The position numbers and the translations under genes are program-made. A stretch of DNA of 64,000 bases from Deltaproteobacteria bacterium. Its GTDB lineage: Bacteria; Desulfobacterota; GWC2-55-46; JADFVP01. The stretch covers positions 19,615 through 83,614 of the forward strand of contig JAJRZX010000036.1 in the NCBI GenBank assembly GCA_024275045.1. The letters are read 5' to 3'. The stretch's first letter is position 1, and every line of letters begins with the position of its first letter. Under the pieces are notes generated by a model, which ran no database searches, had not been told where the DNA came from, and was given only the letters and a program-made list of their open reading frames with translations. Below are positions 19,965 to 27,495 of the stretch, in pieces.

Positions 19965-19988
19965 TAGGGTGGGCATTGCCCACCAATA
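19965..19988 (+). repeat. 24-bp direct repeat R2 (AGGGTGGGCATTGCCCACCAATAC), containing the palindrome TGGGCA-T-TGCCCA.
   Basis: See R1. Confidence 0.7.
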
Positions 19989-20057
19989 CAAATGATTCTC
20001 CCGCCATAAATCAGTACCCGCTCCGCATGGCAAATAAAACTCTGATATAATAAAATT

Positions 20058-20615
20058 ATGACAATATCCATCCTTCACAGGGATGACCTGCCACTTGGCG
20101 GCTTTGCCGGGCTTAAAGAACATCGCCTTGTTACTGACCCTAAACTTTTTGGCGAATACGCGGCCACAGGCGCGTGGTCGGGGCTTGGCAGGTTCGTTTA
20201 TCTGGCTGACGCGCGTTTTAACCCAAAGGGTGAGACGCATATGCATGACCATAAAGAGATTGATGTTATCTCCGTAATCGTGAAGGGTCGTATCGCACAC
20301 GAGGGCACGCTGGAGCACGGGCAGGGTCTTGCCGCCAATGACGTGCAGGTTCAGCGCGCAGGCGGGGAGGGTTTTTCACATAATGAGATAAACCCCGATG
20401 ATACAAAGAACCGCATGATTCAGATATGGGTCTTGCCTGAAAAAAAGGGAGAGCTCTCAGGGTACAAGGTATATAAACCGGGCCCAGGTCTTACCCGCGT
20501 ATACGGCGGTGCGGTCGGGCAGAGTGATACCTTTGCCGCCAAAACCGTAGTGGAGGTTGCACACCTTTCCGTAGGCGAGAATGTGGCTGTAAAGGTCCTT
20601 TCATGGCCTATATGA
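20058..20615 (+). CDS. Pirin-like cupin protein
   Basis: Cupin metal-binding residues HMHDH...E and a pirin N-domain-like sequence. 185 aa. Confidence 0.55.
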   Translation: MTISILHRDDLPLGGFAGLKEHRLVTDPKLFGEYAATGAWSGLGRFVYLADARFNPKGETHMHDHKEIDVISVIVKGRIAHEGTLEHGQGLAANDVQVQRAGGEGFSHNEINPDDTKNRMIQIWVLPEKKGELSGYKVYKPGPGLTRVYGGAVGQSDTFAAKTVVEVAHLSVGENVAVKVLSWPI

Positions 20616-20845
20616 CCGTAGGCAGGGCAAAGGCAGGTGAGCTTGAGGTGAGAGACGGCGACCTTTTAAGAGGCGAAGACCTTGAACTCAGGGCACTTGA
20701 AGATGCGCAGGTAATTCTAATACATACCCTCTAAGAGAAGAACCTGGCCTAGCATATTTCCCGTAGGTCTCTTCTATAATCTCTCTATCAAGAAATAGAA
20801 TAAAATATTTTCTCGGTATTGCCGACCTGCGTGGTTATGGTTTTT

Positions 20846-22000
20846 TTAACCAACTCCTTTACTCAGGCTTTTACTGAGGATTTTGTTTCTGTAATTCATG
20901 GCCGGCCTGTCAATAACTCGATAGACAAGGGCGGAGATGAGTAATACGGCACCAAAATATACGACAAAACTTATTATGAAACCAGTGATGCTTGGTTGAA
21001 ATCCAAAATATTTATGGACCTTGATTATAATCTCTCCAACAGGGAAGATGAATATCAAGTGGTAGAGGTACATAGTATAACTCAGCCTGGCTACAAGGGT
21101 GAAAAACTTCTTAAGGTATCTGTGTATATATAAATCAAAGGAGCTGATGACTAAGGATAAGGTTAAGGCGGCAAAGCCAAAACCCGTAAAAGAAAAGAAC
21201 CAGCAGGTATTAAAGTAACCATTAGTCTCATTATCTACAGCCATGAAGACCACTATGGCAGCAAAAGAACTTAAAAAAAGCATAACTCTGACTAAAGATG
21301 AATCTTTAAGTTTTCGATTATAAAATATAAAAAGATATGCCGCCAGTACTCCAAATAAGAGGCTGTCAAATCGTGTTTGAAATGGAAACCTTATATCGTA
21401 TAACCAGTTTACACTCGGAGTATAGAGTAAGAATCTTATGGTCATGGCCAGTAGTATCAGCCCAGTTAGAATCAGGGTGAAAAAGGGCTTGAAGTATCGC
21501 CATACTATATAAAGAAGCACGGGAGCCAGTATGTAGAACTGTTCCTCAAGAGCAAGGGACCAGTAGAGACCTGCCTGCAAAATAGGTGGTTGGATATAGT
21601 TTTGCAGATAAAACACATGATATAGAAGTGCTCGCAGGATAATCGGAGTCTCTTTTGTTGACTGTATGACGTTGTTATCTGCTAAACCGATGAAGTATAT
21701 TATTATAACTATGAGAAGAGAAAAGTAGTATGGAGGGAATATGCGCCAGAAGCGTTTAATATAGAATATTTTAAAGCTGAAAGAGTCTCTCTGCAGCGCC
21801 TCTATTATCTGCCCCCCTATTAGAAAACCGCTTAAAGCAAAGAAAAGCCCAACGCCGTTCCAACCCTTGGAGACAAAAAGCTGAAAAAAACCTGTTTTAG
21901 GCAGGGGGTATAGTTTTGCGTTAAAGTGCGCGAGCATGACAAGAGTAATGGCGATTGAGCGCAGCATATCAAGGCAGGGATAGTGTTTGTTGAAGAACAT
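20846..22000 (-). CDS. Membrane O-acyltransferase, acyltransferase-3 (OafA/YrhL) family
   Basis: About 10 TM helices and an N-terminal LRSIAITLVMLAHF motif. GC is roughly 38% against ~55% for the flanking DNA. Confidence 0.75.
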   Translation of the reverse strand: MFFNKHYPCLDMLRSIAITLVMLAHFNAKLYPLPKTGFFQLFVSKGWNGVGLFFALSGFLIGGQIIEALQRDSFSFKIFYIKRFWRIFPPYYFSLLIVIIIYFIGLADNNVIQSTKETPIILRALLYHVFYLQNYIQPPILQAGLYWSLALEEQFYILAPVLLYIVWRYFKPFFTLILTGLILLAMTIRFLLYTPSVNWLYDIRFPFQTRFDSLLFGVLAAYLFIFYNRKLKDSSLVRVMLFLSSFAAIVVFMAVDNETNGYFNTCWFFSFTGFGFAALTLSLVISSFDLYIHRYLKKFFTLVARLSYTMYLYHLIFIFPVGEIIIKVHKYFGFQPSITGFIISFVVYFGAVLLISALVYRVIDRPAMNYRNKILSKSLSKGVG

Positions 22001-22318
22001 GGAATATTATCCATCTTTGTATAGAGTTATTCCCTGCATCCGGATCTCATTTGAGATAAGAGAAGGGTATATGCTTTGAGAGAGGGGGGTAGTATCCTGG
22101 CCTGTAACATTTTATTGATCCAGGCATGTCCTCTCGTGTCCCGTAGATTTTACGATGGACTTGTACTTTTTTCAAGCTTCCTACAAAAAAGTATGCGAAA
22201 GAGTATCTGTCTGTTTTTTAGCCCCAAACCAGCTTTTCTCCCGTATACAGGCTAATTGAGGCAGGCTTTATACGGCACTGTTTTTGCCTTTGTTTGCTTA
22301 AAAAAACCTAAAAACACC

Positions 22319-22347
22319 TTGACACCCCTTGATAAATGAAATAATAT
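22319..22347 (+). promoter_or_regulatory. Putative sigma70-type promoter for rplU-rpmA (-35 TTGACA, 17 bp spacer, -10 TAATAT)
   Basis: A consensus-like match 32 bp upstream of the rplU start. Confidence 0.45.
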
Positions 22348-22378
22348 ATAAAATTCCAATAATAACGGAGGCATAACA

Positions 22379-22690
22379 ATGAAAGCGGTAGTCAAGACAG
22401 GCGGCAAACAGTATACAATTACAGAGGGCGATACCTTAAGGGTAGAAAAACTTTCAGGCGAGGTTGGCGCCACCATAAATCTCGAAGAGGTTCTCTCCGT
22501 GGGAGAGGGTAAAGACTTCAAGCTTGGTTCTCCCGTAGTGGAAGGGGCCAGCGTAAAGGCCGAGATAGTGGAGCACGGCAGGGGTAAGAAAATTATAGTC
22601 TTCAAGAAAAAGAGAAGAAAAGGTTATAAGAAAAAACAGGGTCACAGGCAGGATTTTACGGGAATAAAGATAGAGGAAATAAAGTACTAA
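22379..22690 (+). CDS. rplU: 50S ribosomal protein L21
   Basis: [12 protein letters not shown]... Confidence 0.95.
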   Translation: MKAVVKTGGKQYTITEGDTLRVEKLSGEVGATINLEEVLSVGEGKDFKLGSPVVEGASVKAEIVEHGRGKKIIVFKKKRRKGYKKKQGHRQDFTGIKIEEIKY

Positions 22691-22709
22691 TACGAGGGAG
22701 GCTACAGAG

Positions 22710-22961
22710 GTGGCTCATAAAAAAGCAGGCGGAAGCTCAAGAAACGGCAGGGACAGTAACGGGCAGAGAAGAGGAGTAAAGTGCTTTTCAGGGCAGACGG
22801 TACCTGCGGGTTCCATTATAATAAGACAGCTCGGCACCAGGGTGCATCCCGGTGATAACGTGGGAATGGGCAGAGATTACACTATTTTCGCCCGTGTTAA
22901 CGGTACTGTTCAGTTTGTTGATAAGGGTAAGAGAAAGTTCGTAAACATATTACCCGTATAA
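22710..22961 (+). CDS. rpmA: 50S ribosomal protein L27
   Basis: [16 protein letters not shown]... Confidence 0.95.
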   Translation: MAHKKAGGSSRNGRDSNGQRRGVKCFSGQTVPAGSIIIRQLGTRVHPGDNVGMGRDYTIFARVNGTVQFVDKGKRKFVNILPV

Positions 22962-23018
22962 TATCAGGGTTTTATTAAGGTTACGGGGCGGAGTAAGGGG
23001 AGTTTAATATCAAAGCCG

Positions 23019-23070
23019 GGCGGAGTAAGAGGAGATAGTGAACCTCTTAATATTCCGCCCTTTTTTATTT
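23019..23070 (+). terminator. Rho-independent terminator after rpmA
   Basis: An imperfect GC-rich stem (GGGCGGAGTAAGAGG ... CCTCTTAATATTCCGCCC) followed by TTTTTTATTT. Confidence 0.5.
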
Positions 23071-23074
23071 GTGA

Positions 23075-23326
23075 GTCCTGTGGGCAGATAATGTATCGTT
23101 AGCCGGTTGTAAGCTTCTCCCTTTGGTTTTCTTTATCTTACTTTCTTATATAAGGTCCTGTGGGCAGATAATATATCGTTTGCCGGCTGTAAGCTTCTCC
23201 CTTTGGTTTTCTTTGTCTTACTTTCTTATATAAGGTCCTGTGGGCAGATAATGTATCGTTAGCCGGCTGTAAGCTTCTCCCTTTGGTTTTCTTTGTCTTA
23301 CTTTCTTTTTTCCAAAAGAAAGTAAG
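23075..23326. repeat. Three tandem 80-bp units (period 80: starts 23075, 23155, 23235). The last unit ends in the 13-bp-stem hairpin of the dispersed repeat family, which abuts and overlaps the obg RBS.
   Basis: The unit is gtcctgtgggcagataatgtatcgttagccggctgtaagcttctccctttggttttctttgtcttactttcttatataag. Units differ by 2-4 substitutions. The hairpin is at 23297-23326 and the AAGGAGG RBS at 23324-23330. Confidence 0.85.
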
Positions 23327-23340
23327 GAGGTTTTTAAAAG

Positions 23341-24372
23341 ATGAGATTTATAGATGAGGCTGTAATTACAATATGCTCAGGGGACGGCGGCAGCGGCTGT
23401 GTAAGTTTTCGCCGTGAAAAGTTCATTCCCAGAGGCGGTCCTGACGGCGGTGACGGCGGCCGCGGCGGCGCAGTGATTATGCGTGCCGATCCTAACCTTG
23501 CGAGTTTGTTGGATTTTCGATACAAGCGCAGTTATGCGGCGGATTCGGGAAAGAGCGGCATGGGCGGTAATAAGTCAGGTAAAAAGGGTGAGGATATAGT
23601 GCTTGGCGTCCCTTGCGGCACATTGATATTAGACGCGGCCTCAGGTGTTGTTATCGCCGATATTACGGACCTTGATGATGAGATACGTATTCTTGAGGGC
23701 GGCAGAGGCGGCAAGGGTAACGCGCACTTTAAGAGTTCAAGGCAGCAGGCCCCGAAGTTTGCCCAGCCAGGTGAAGAGGGTCAGGAGTTGGATATAAGGC
23801 TTGAGCTCAAGCTGCTTGCTGATGTGGCTATTATAGGGCTGCCAAACGCCGGTAAATCCACGTTAATATCTCGTATCTCGGCGGCCAAACCTCGCATTGC
23901 CGATTATCCCTTTACCACGCTTACGCCCATGCTGGGTGTGGTAAAAAAAGACAATTTTTCCGAGTTCATCATCGTGGATGTGCCCGGCCTTGTAGAGGGT
24001 GCCCATAGCGGCAAAGGGCTTGGCATAAGGTTTTTAAAGCATGTTGAGAGGACGAGTTTTCTGCTCCACCTTCTTGACCTATCTCCTTTTACGGGCAGGG
24101 ACCCCAAGGAAGATTTTTTCATGATAAACAAGGAGCTTGCGTCCTTTAACGAGTCGCTCTCAAAGCGGCCTCAGGTTGTTGTACTTAATAAAACCGATAT
24201 TACCGGCACAGAGGAGCTGGAGGAAGAACTCTTGAGTTTTTTCCATGCTTCAGGTATAAAGGTTTTTTCAATCTCAGCTGTAACAGGCAAGGGTGTTGAA
24301 GTGCTTGTAAAGTTCGTAGGCGCCGAGCTTGAGAGGATGAAGCAGGGAGAAGGGGGGCTGGCAGGGCGGTGA
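23341..24372 (+). CDS. obg: GTPase Obg/CgtA
   Basis: An Obg fold with a glycine-rich N-domain and G1-G5 motifs (GLPNAGKST, DVPGL, NKTD). Confidence 0.95.
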   Translation: MRFIDEAVITICSGDGGSGCVSFRREKFIPRGGPDGGDGGRGGAVIMRADPNLASLLDFRYKRSYAADSGKSGMGGNKSGKKGEDIVLGVPCGTLILDAASGVVIADITDLDDEIRILEGGRGGKGNAHFKSSRQQAPKFAQPGEEGQELDIRLELKLLADVAIIGLPNAGKSTLISRISAAKPRIADYPFTTLTPMLGVVKKDNFSEFIIVDVPGLVEGAHSGKGLGIRFLKHVERTSFLLHLLDLSPFTGRDPKEDFFMINKELASFNESLSKRPQVVVLNKTDITGTEELEEELLSFFHASGIKVFSISAVTGKGVEVLVKFVGAELERMKQGEGGLAGR

Positions 24373-24405
24373 TTCTCTGCCTTAGCCGGATAAGGGGTAT
24401 AAAGA

Positions 24406-25509
24406 GTGGAAAAGATAGTTAAGGGCGCCAGGCGCCTTGTATTAAAGATAGGCAGCGCTGTCTTGGCCGGGGACTGCGATATTTTTCGTAGAATCGCGGC
24501 TGATGTGAGAGGCCTTAAGGCCGGGGGCAGGGAAGTTGTCATTGTGTCCAGCGGAGCCGTTGCCATAGGCATGAAGGTGCTGGGCCTTGGCGCAAGACCC
24601 GCTACCATTCCGGAGACTCAGGCCGTTGCATCTGCCGGTCAGCTGAACCTCATGCTGAACTACAAAAAGGCCTTTTCCGCAGAGGGCCTTCTCATGGGGC
24701 AGATACTTCTTACTCATGATGATTTAAAAGACCGAAAGAGGTTTCTGAACGCCCGTAATACCATCAGCACGCTCCTTAAGATGGGCATTGTTCCCGTTAT
24801 AAACGAGAACGATACCGTGGCCACAGAAGAGATAAAACTTGGCGATAATGACGAGTTATCGGCCCTTGTTACAAACCTGGTTAACGCTGATCTGCTTATA
24901 ATTCTTACTGATATCAACGGGTTGTATGATAGTGACCCGAGAGCTAATCCAAGGGCCAGGAGGATAGCGGTTGTTCGTGACGTAGGGGAGACCATACCTG
25001 AGTCTGCCGGGGATGTTGCGGGCCCGTTGGGTTCCGGGGGAATGCGGAGCAAGATGCTGGCCGCGAGTATGGCCGCGCATTTTGGCGTTGCTACTATTGT
25101 GGCAAGCGGCCTTAATAGCGATGTTATCAAGAAAATTTTTAAGGGTGAGTCTATTGGCACGCTTTTTCTGCCCGCCAAACAGAGGCTTACGAGCCGCAAG
25201 CACTGGATAGCCTTTTCCACGCGCCCTACAGGCAGGGTTATTATAGACGAAGGCGGGCGCAGGGCACTGCTTGATGGTAAAAAAAGCCTTCTGCCCTCAG
25301 GTATTCTGGAGGTGGATGGTGTCTTTGAGTCAGGCGAGGTCATACACTGCGTAGATGCCGAGGGTATGGAGTTCGCCAGAGGGCTTACCAATTACAGCTC
25401 AGAGGAAATAAAACTAATCAAGGGCTTTAACAGCCGTGAGATTAAGGATAAACTCGGTTATAAGGTCTACGACGAGGTTATCCACAGGGATAATCTGGTG
25501 GTGCTGTAA
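24406..25509 (+). CDS. proB: Glutamate 5-kinase with C-terminal PUA domain
   Basis: An amino-acid-kinase fold followed by a PUA domain. Confidence 0.95.
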   Translation: MEKIVKGARRLVLKIGSAVLAGDCDIFRRIAADVRGLKAGGREVVIVSSGAVAIGMKVLGLGARPATIPETQAVASAGQLNLMLNYKKAFSAEGLLMGQILLTHDDLKDRKRFLNARNTISTLLKMGIVPVINENDTVATEEIKLGDNDELSALVTNLVNADLLIILTDINGLYDSDPRANPRARRIAVVRDVGETIPESAGDVAGPLGSGGMRSKMLAASMAAHFGVATIVASGLNSDVIKKIFKGESIGTLFLPAKQRLTSRKHWIAFSTRPTGRVIIDEGGRRALLDGKKSLLPSGILEVDGVFESGEVIHCVDAEGMEFARGLTNYSSEEIKLIKGFNSREIKDKLGYKVYDEVIHRDNLVVL

Positions 25510-25539
25510 TAACTTTAAAAGTTAGAGAGGGACAAGACA

Positions 25540-26796
25540 ATGAGCATTACTGAAGAGCTTACTGCCCTTGGCAGAAGAGCGAGAGCAGCGGGACGTATTG
25601 TGGCCAGGCTCTCTACAACGGTGAAAAACAACGCGCTTCTGGCCATGGCCGATGGCATCCTGAGTAAAACGGACTTTTTGCAGGCAGAGAACGAGAAAGA
25701 TCTTGCTGCGGGAAGGGAAAAGGGCTTAAGTGATGCCATGATAGACAGGCTGAGGCTCTCGGATAAGGTCCTGAACTCCATGGCAGTAAGTTTACGTGAG
25801 GTGGCGGCATTGGCTGACCCCATAGGCGAGGTTACGGGGATGTGGAAAAGGCCAAACGGGCTTCTTGTAGGCAAGCAGCGCATTCCTCTTGGCGTAGTGG
25901 GCATAATATACGAGAGTAGGCCCAATGTAACAAGCGATGCCGCTGCGCTATGCCTTAAATCAGGTAACGCCGTAGTACTTCGAGGCGGCTCCGAGGCCAT
26001 TCACTCAAACCTTGCCGTAGCCTCTGTGCTTCATGAGGCATGCGAGAGGGTTGGTGTGCCAAAGGCGGCAATTCAGGTTGTTGAGACAACAGATAGAGAG
26101 GCCGTGCTGGCCATGCTGCGCCTTGAGGACTATATTGATGTTATTATCCCCCGCGGCGGCGAGGGGCTTATACGTTTTGTGGTAGAGAACTCCAAGATAC
26201 CCGTAATCAAACACTACAAGGGCGTATGTCATGTATATGTAGATGAACACGCTGATATGGAGATGGCACTGGATATTGCCTTTAACGCCAAGGTCTCACG
26301 CCCAGGGGTCTGTAACGCAATGGAGACCCTTCTGGTGCATAAATCCGTTGCAGGTGAGTTTTTGCCCTTATTGTATAAAAGGCTCAGCGCCTCAGGTGTT
26401 GAGGTACGGGGCTGCACGGAGACATGCCGTATTCTGGATGGTGTAAAAGAGGCCGCTGAAGAGGACTGGGCAACCGAGTTTCTCGGCCTTGTACTGGCGG
26501 TAAAGGTAGTTGATGATTTTTCCGCTGCTGTTACGCATATAGAGGAGTACGGCTCTCTCCATACGGAGTCCATTGTTACCAAAGACTATGCCACTGCGCA
26601 GAGGTTTTTACGGGAGGTCAACTCCTCCACTGTCATGGTTAATGCATCAACAAGGTTCTCTGACGGCTTTGAGCTTGGCCTCGGCGCGGAGATAGGCATA
26701 TCCACCACCAAGATACACGCCTTTGGCCCCATGGGGTTAGAGGAGCTTACAACACGTAAATTCATTGTCTACGGCGAGGGCCAGATTAGAGAGTAG
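25540..26796 (+). CDS. proA: Gamma-glutamyl phosphate reductase
   Basis: An ALDH-like fold characteristic of ProA. 418 aa. Confidence 0.95.
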   Translation: MSITEELTALGRRARAAGRIVARLSTTVKNNALLAMADGILSKTDFLQAENEKDLAAGREKGLSDAMIDRLRLSDKVLNSMAVSLREVAALADPIGEVTGMWKRPNGLLVGKQRIPLGVVGIIYESRPNVTSDAAALCLKSGNAVVLRGGSEAIHSNLAVASVLHEACERVGVPKAAIQVVETTDREAVLAMLRLEDYIDVIIPRGGEGLIRFVVENSKIPVIKHYKGVCHVYVDEHADMEMALDIAFNAKVSRPGVCNAMETLLVHKSVAGEFLPLLYKRLSASGVEVRGCTETCRILDGVKEAAEEDWATEFLGLVLAVKVVDDFSAAVTHIEEYGSLHTESIVTKDYATAQRFLREVNSSTVMVNASTRFSDGFELGLGAEIGISTTKIHAFGPMGLEELTTRKFIVYGEGQIRE

Positions 26797-27076
26797 GCAT
26801 GAGTTCAGCGGTAATTCTTTAACCTCCACTCAACCTCCGTGGTCGTGACATTGGCCTTGGAGGTCTTGGTTTTAGTTATGTGTTTTTATGCCTCCCAAGT
26901 ACCCTCTGATATGACAAAAGTTACAGAAGTATGAAAAAAGTGCGTTTTTATTCACACCCCTCTCTCTTAAAACCCATATAAAACAAGCACTTGACTTTGG
27001 CATATCTTTTGCATCTTATACTCTCATGATTAGTTAGATGCCTGTTGTACTCCACACAAAAAAAAGATTTTAAGTA

Positions 27077-27493
27077 TTGATTCAAGAGGATGTTATGAGC
27101 GTAAAAGGCAGACTTGCCGATATAAGACCACGGGATATCCTGGAGATATTTGTGGCCGAGCACAGGACCGCGGCCGTACACCTTACCTCGCCCCTTGGTT
27201 TCGGTCATATATATATAAGCGACGGCGTAATTGTTCATACTGTTTACCGTGATAAGACCGGGCGTGAAGCGCTGCGCGAGCTTTTATCATGGAAGGACGG
27301 AGAGTTCGAGGTCGAGCCAGACGCGCCGGCACCGGAGCACTCCATTGATGAAGATGTCTCTGCCGAGATTCTTGATGAGAGTGGAAGCGGGTTTTCCGAG
27401 GGCATTGATAAGGCGGGGCTTATGGATTACGCCGATGATTCGGTAAGCCTTTTTGATAAGCTCCTTAAGCTCAATATACTGGAGAGGATTTAG
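27077..27493 (+). CDS. DUF4388 (PATAN-like) domain protein
   Basis: Matches the DUF4388 pattern: DILEIF...HRTAAVHL...GHIYISDGVIVHTVY...GREALRELLSWKDGEFE. It ends 3 bp before the next gene. Confidence 0.5.
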   Translation: MIQEDVMSVKGRLADIRPRDILEIFVAEHRTAAVHLTSPLGFGHIYISDGVIVHTVYRDKTGREALRELLSWKDGEFEVEPDAPAPEHSIDEDVSAEILDESGSGFSEGIDKAGLMDYADDSVSLFDKLLKLNILERI

Positions 27494-27495
27494 AG

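Noticed and set aside
19850-20318. Minus-strand ORFs 19850..20071 and 19917..20318 overlapping the pirin-like gene and the R2 repeat
   Set aside because: There is no RBS. They overlap a better-supported plus-strand cupin gene and have no recognisable features.
23075-23326. Possible CRISPR array (regular 80-bp periodicity)
   Set aside because: The units are near-identical throughout, with no alternating unique spacers. The unit length is wrong for repeat plus spacer, and there are no cas genes. It is a tandem repeat, not a CRISPR.
26797-27076. Possible terminator or promoter elements in the proA-DUF4388 spacer (CCTCCGTGG...CCTTGGAGG followed by TCTTGGTTTT; a TTGACT box)
   Set aside because: The stem is interrupted and the spacing to any -10 element is poor. 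The signals are too weak to call without experimental 5'/3' end data.
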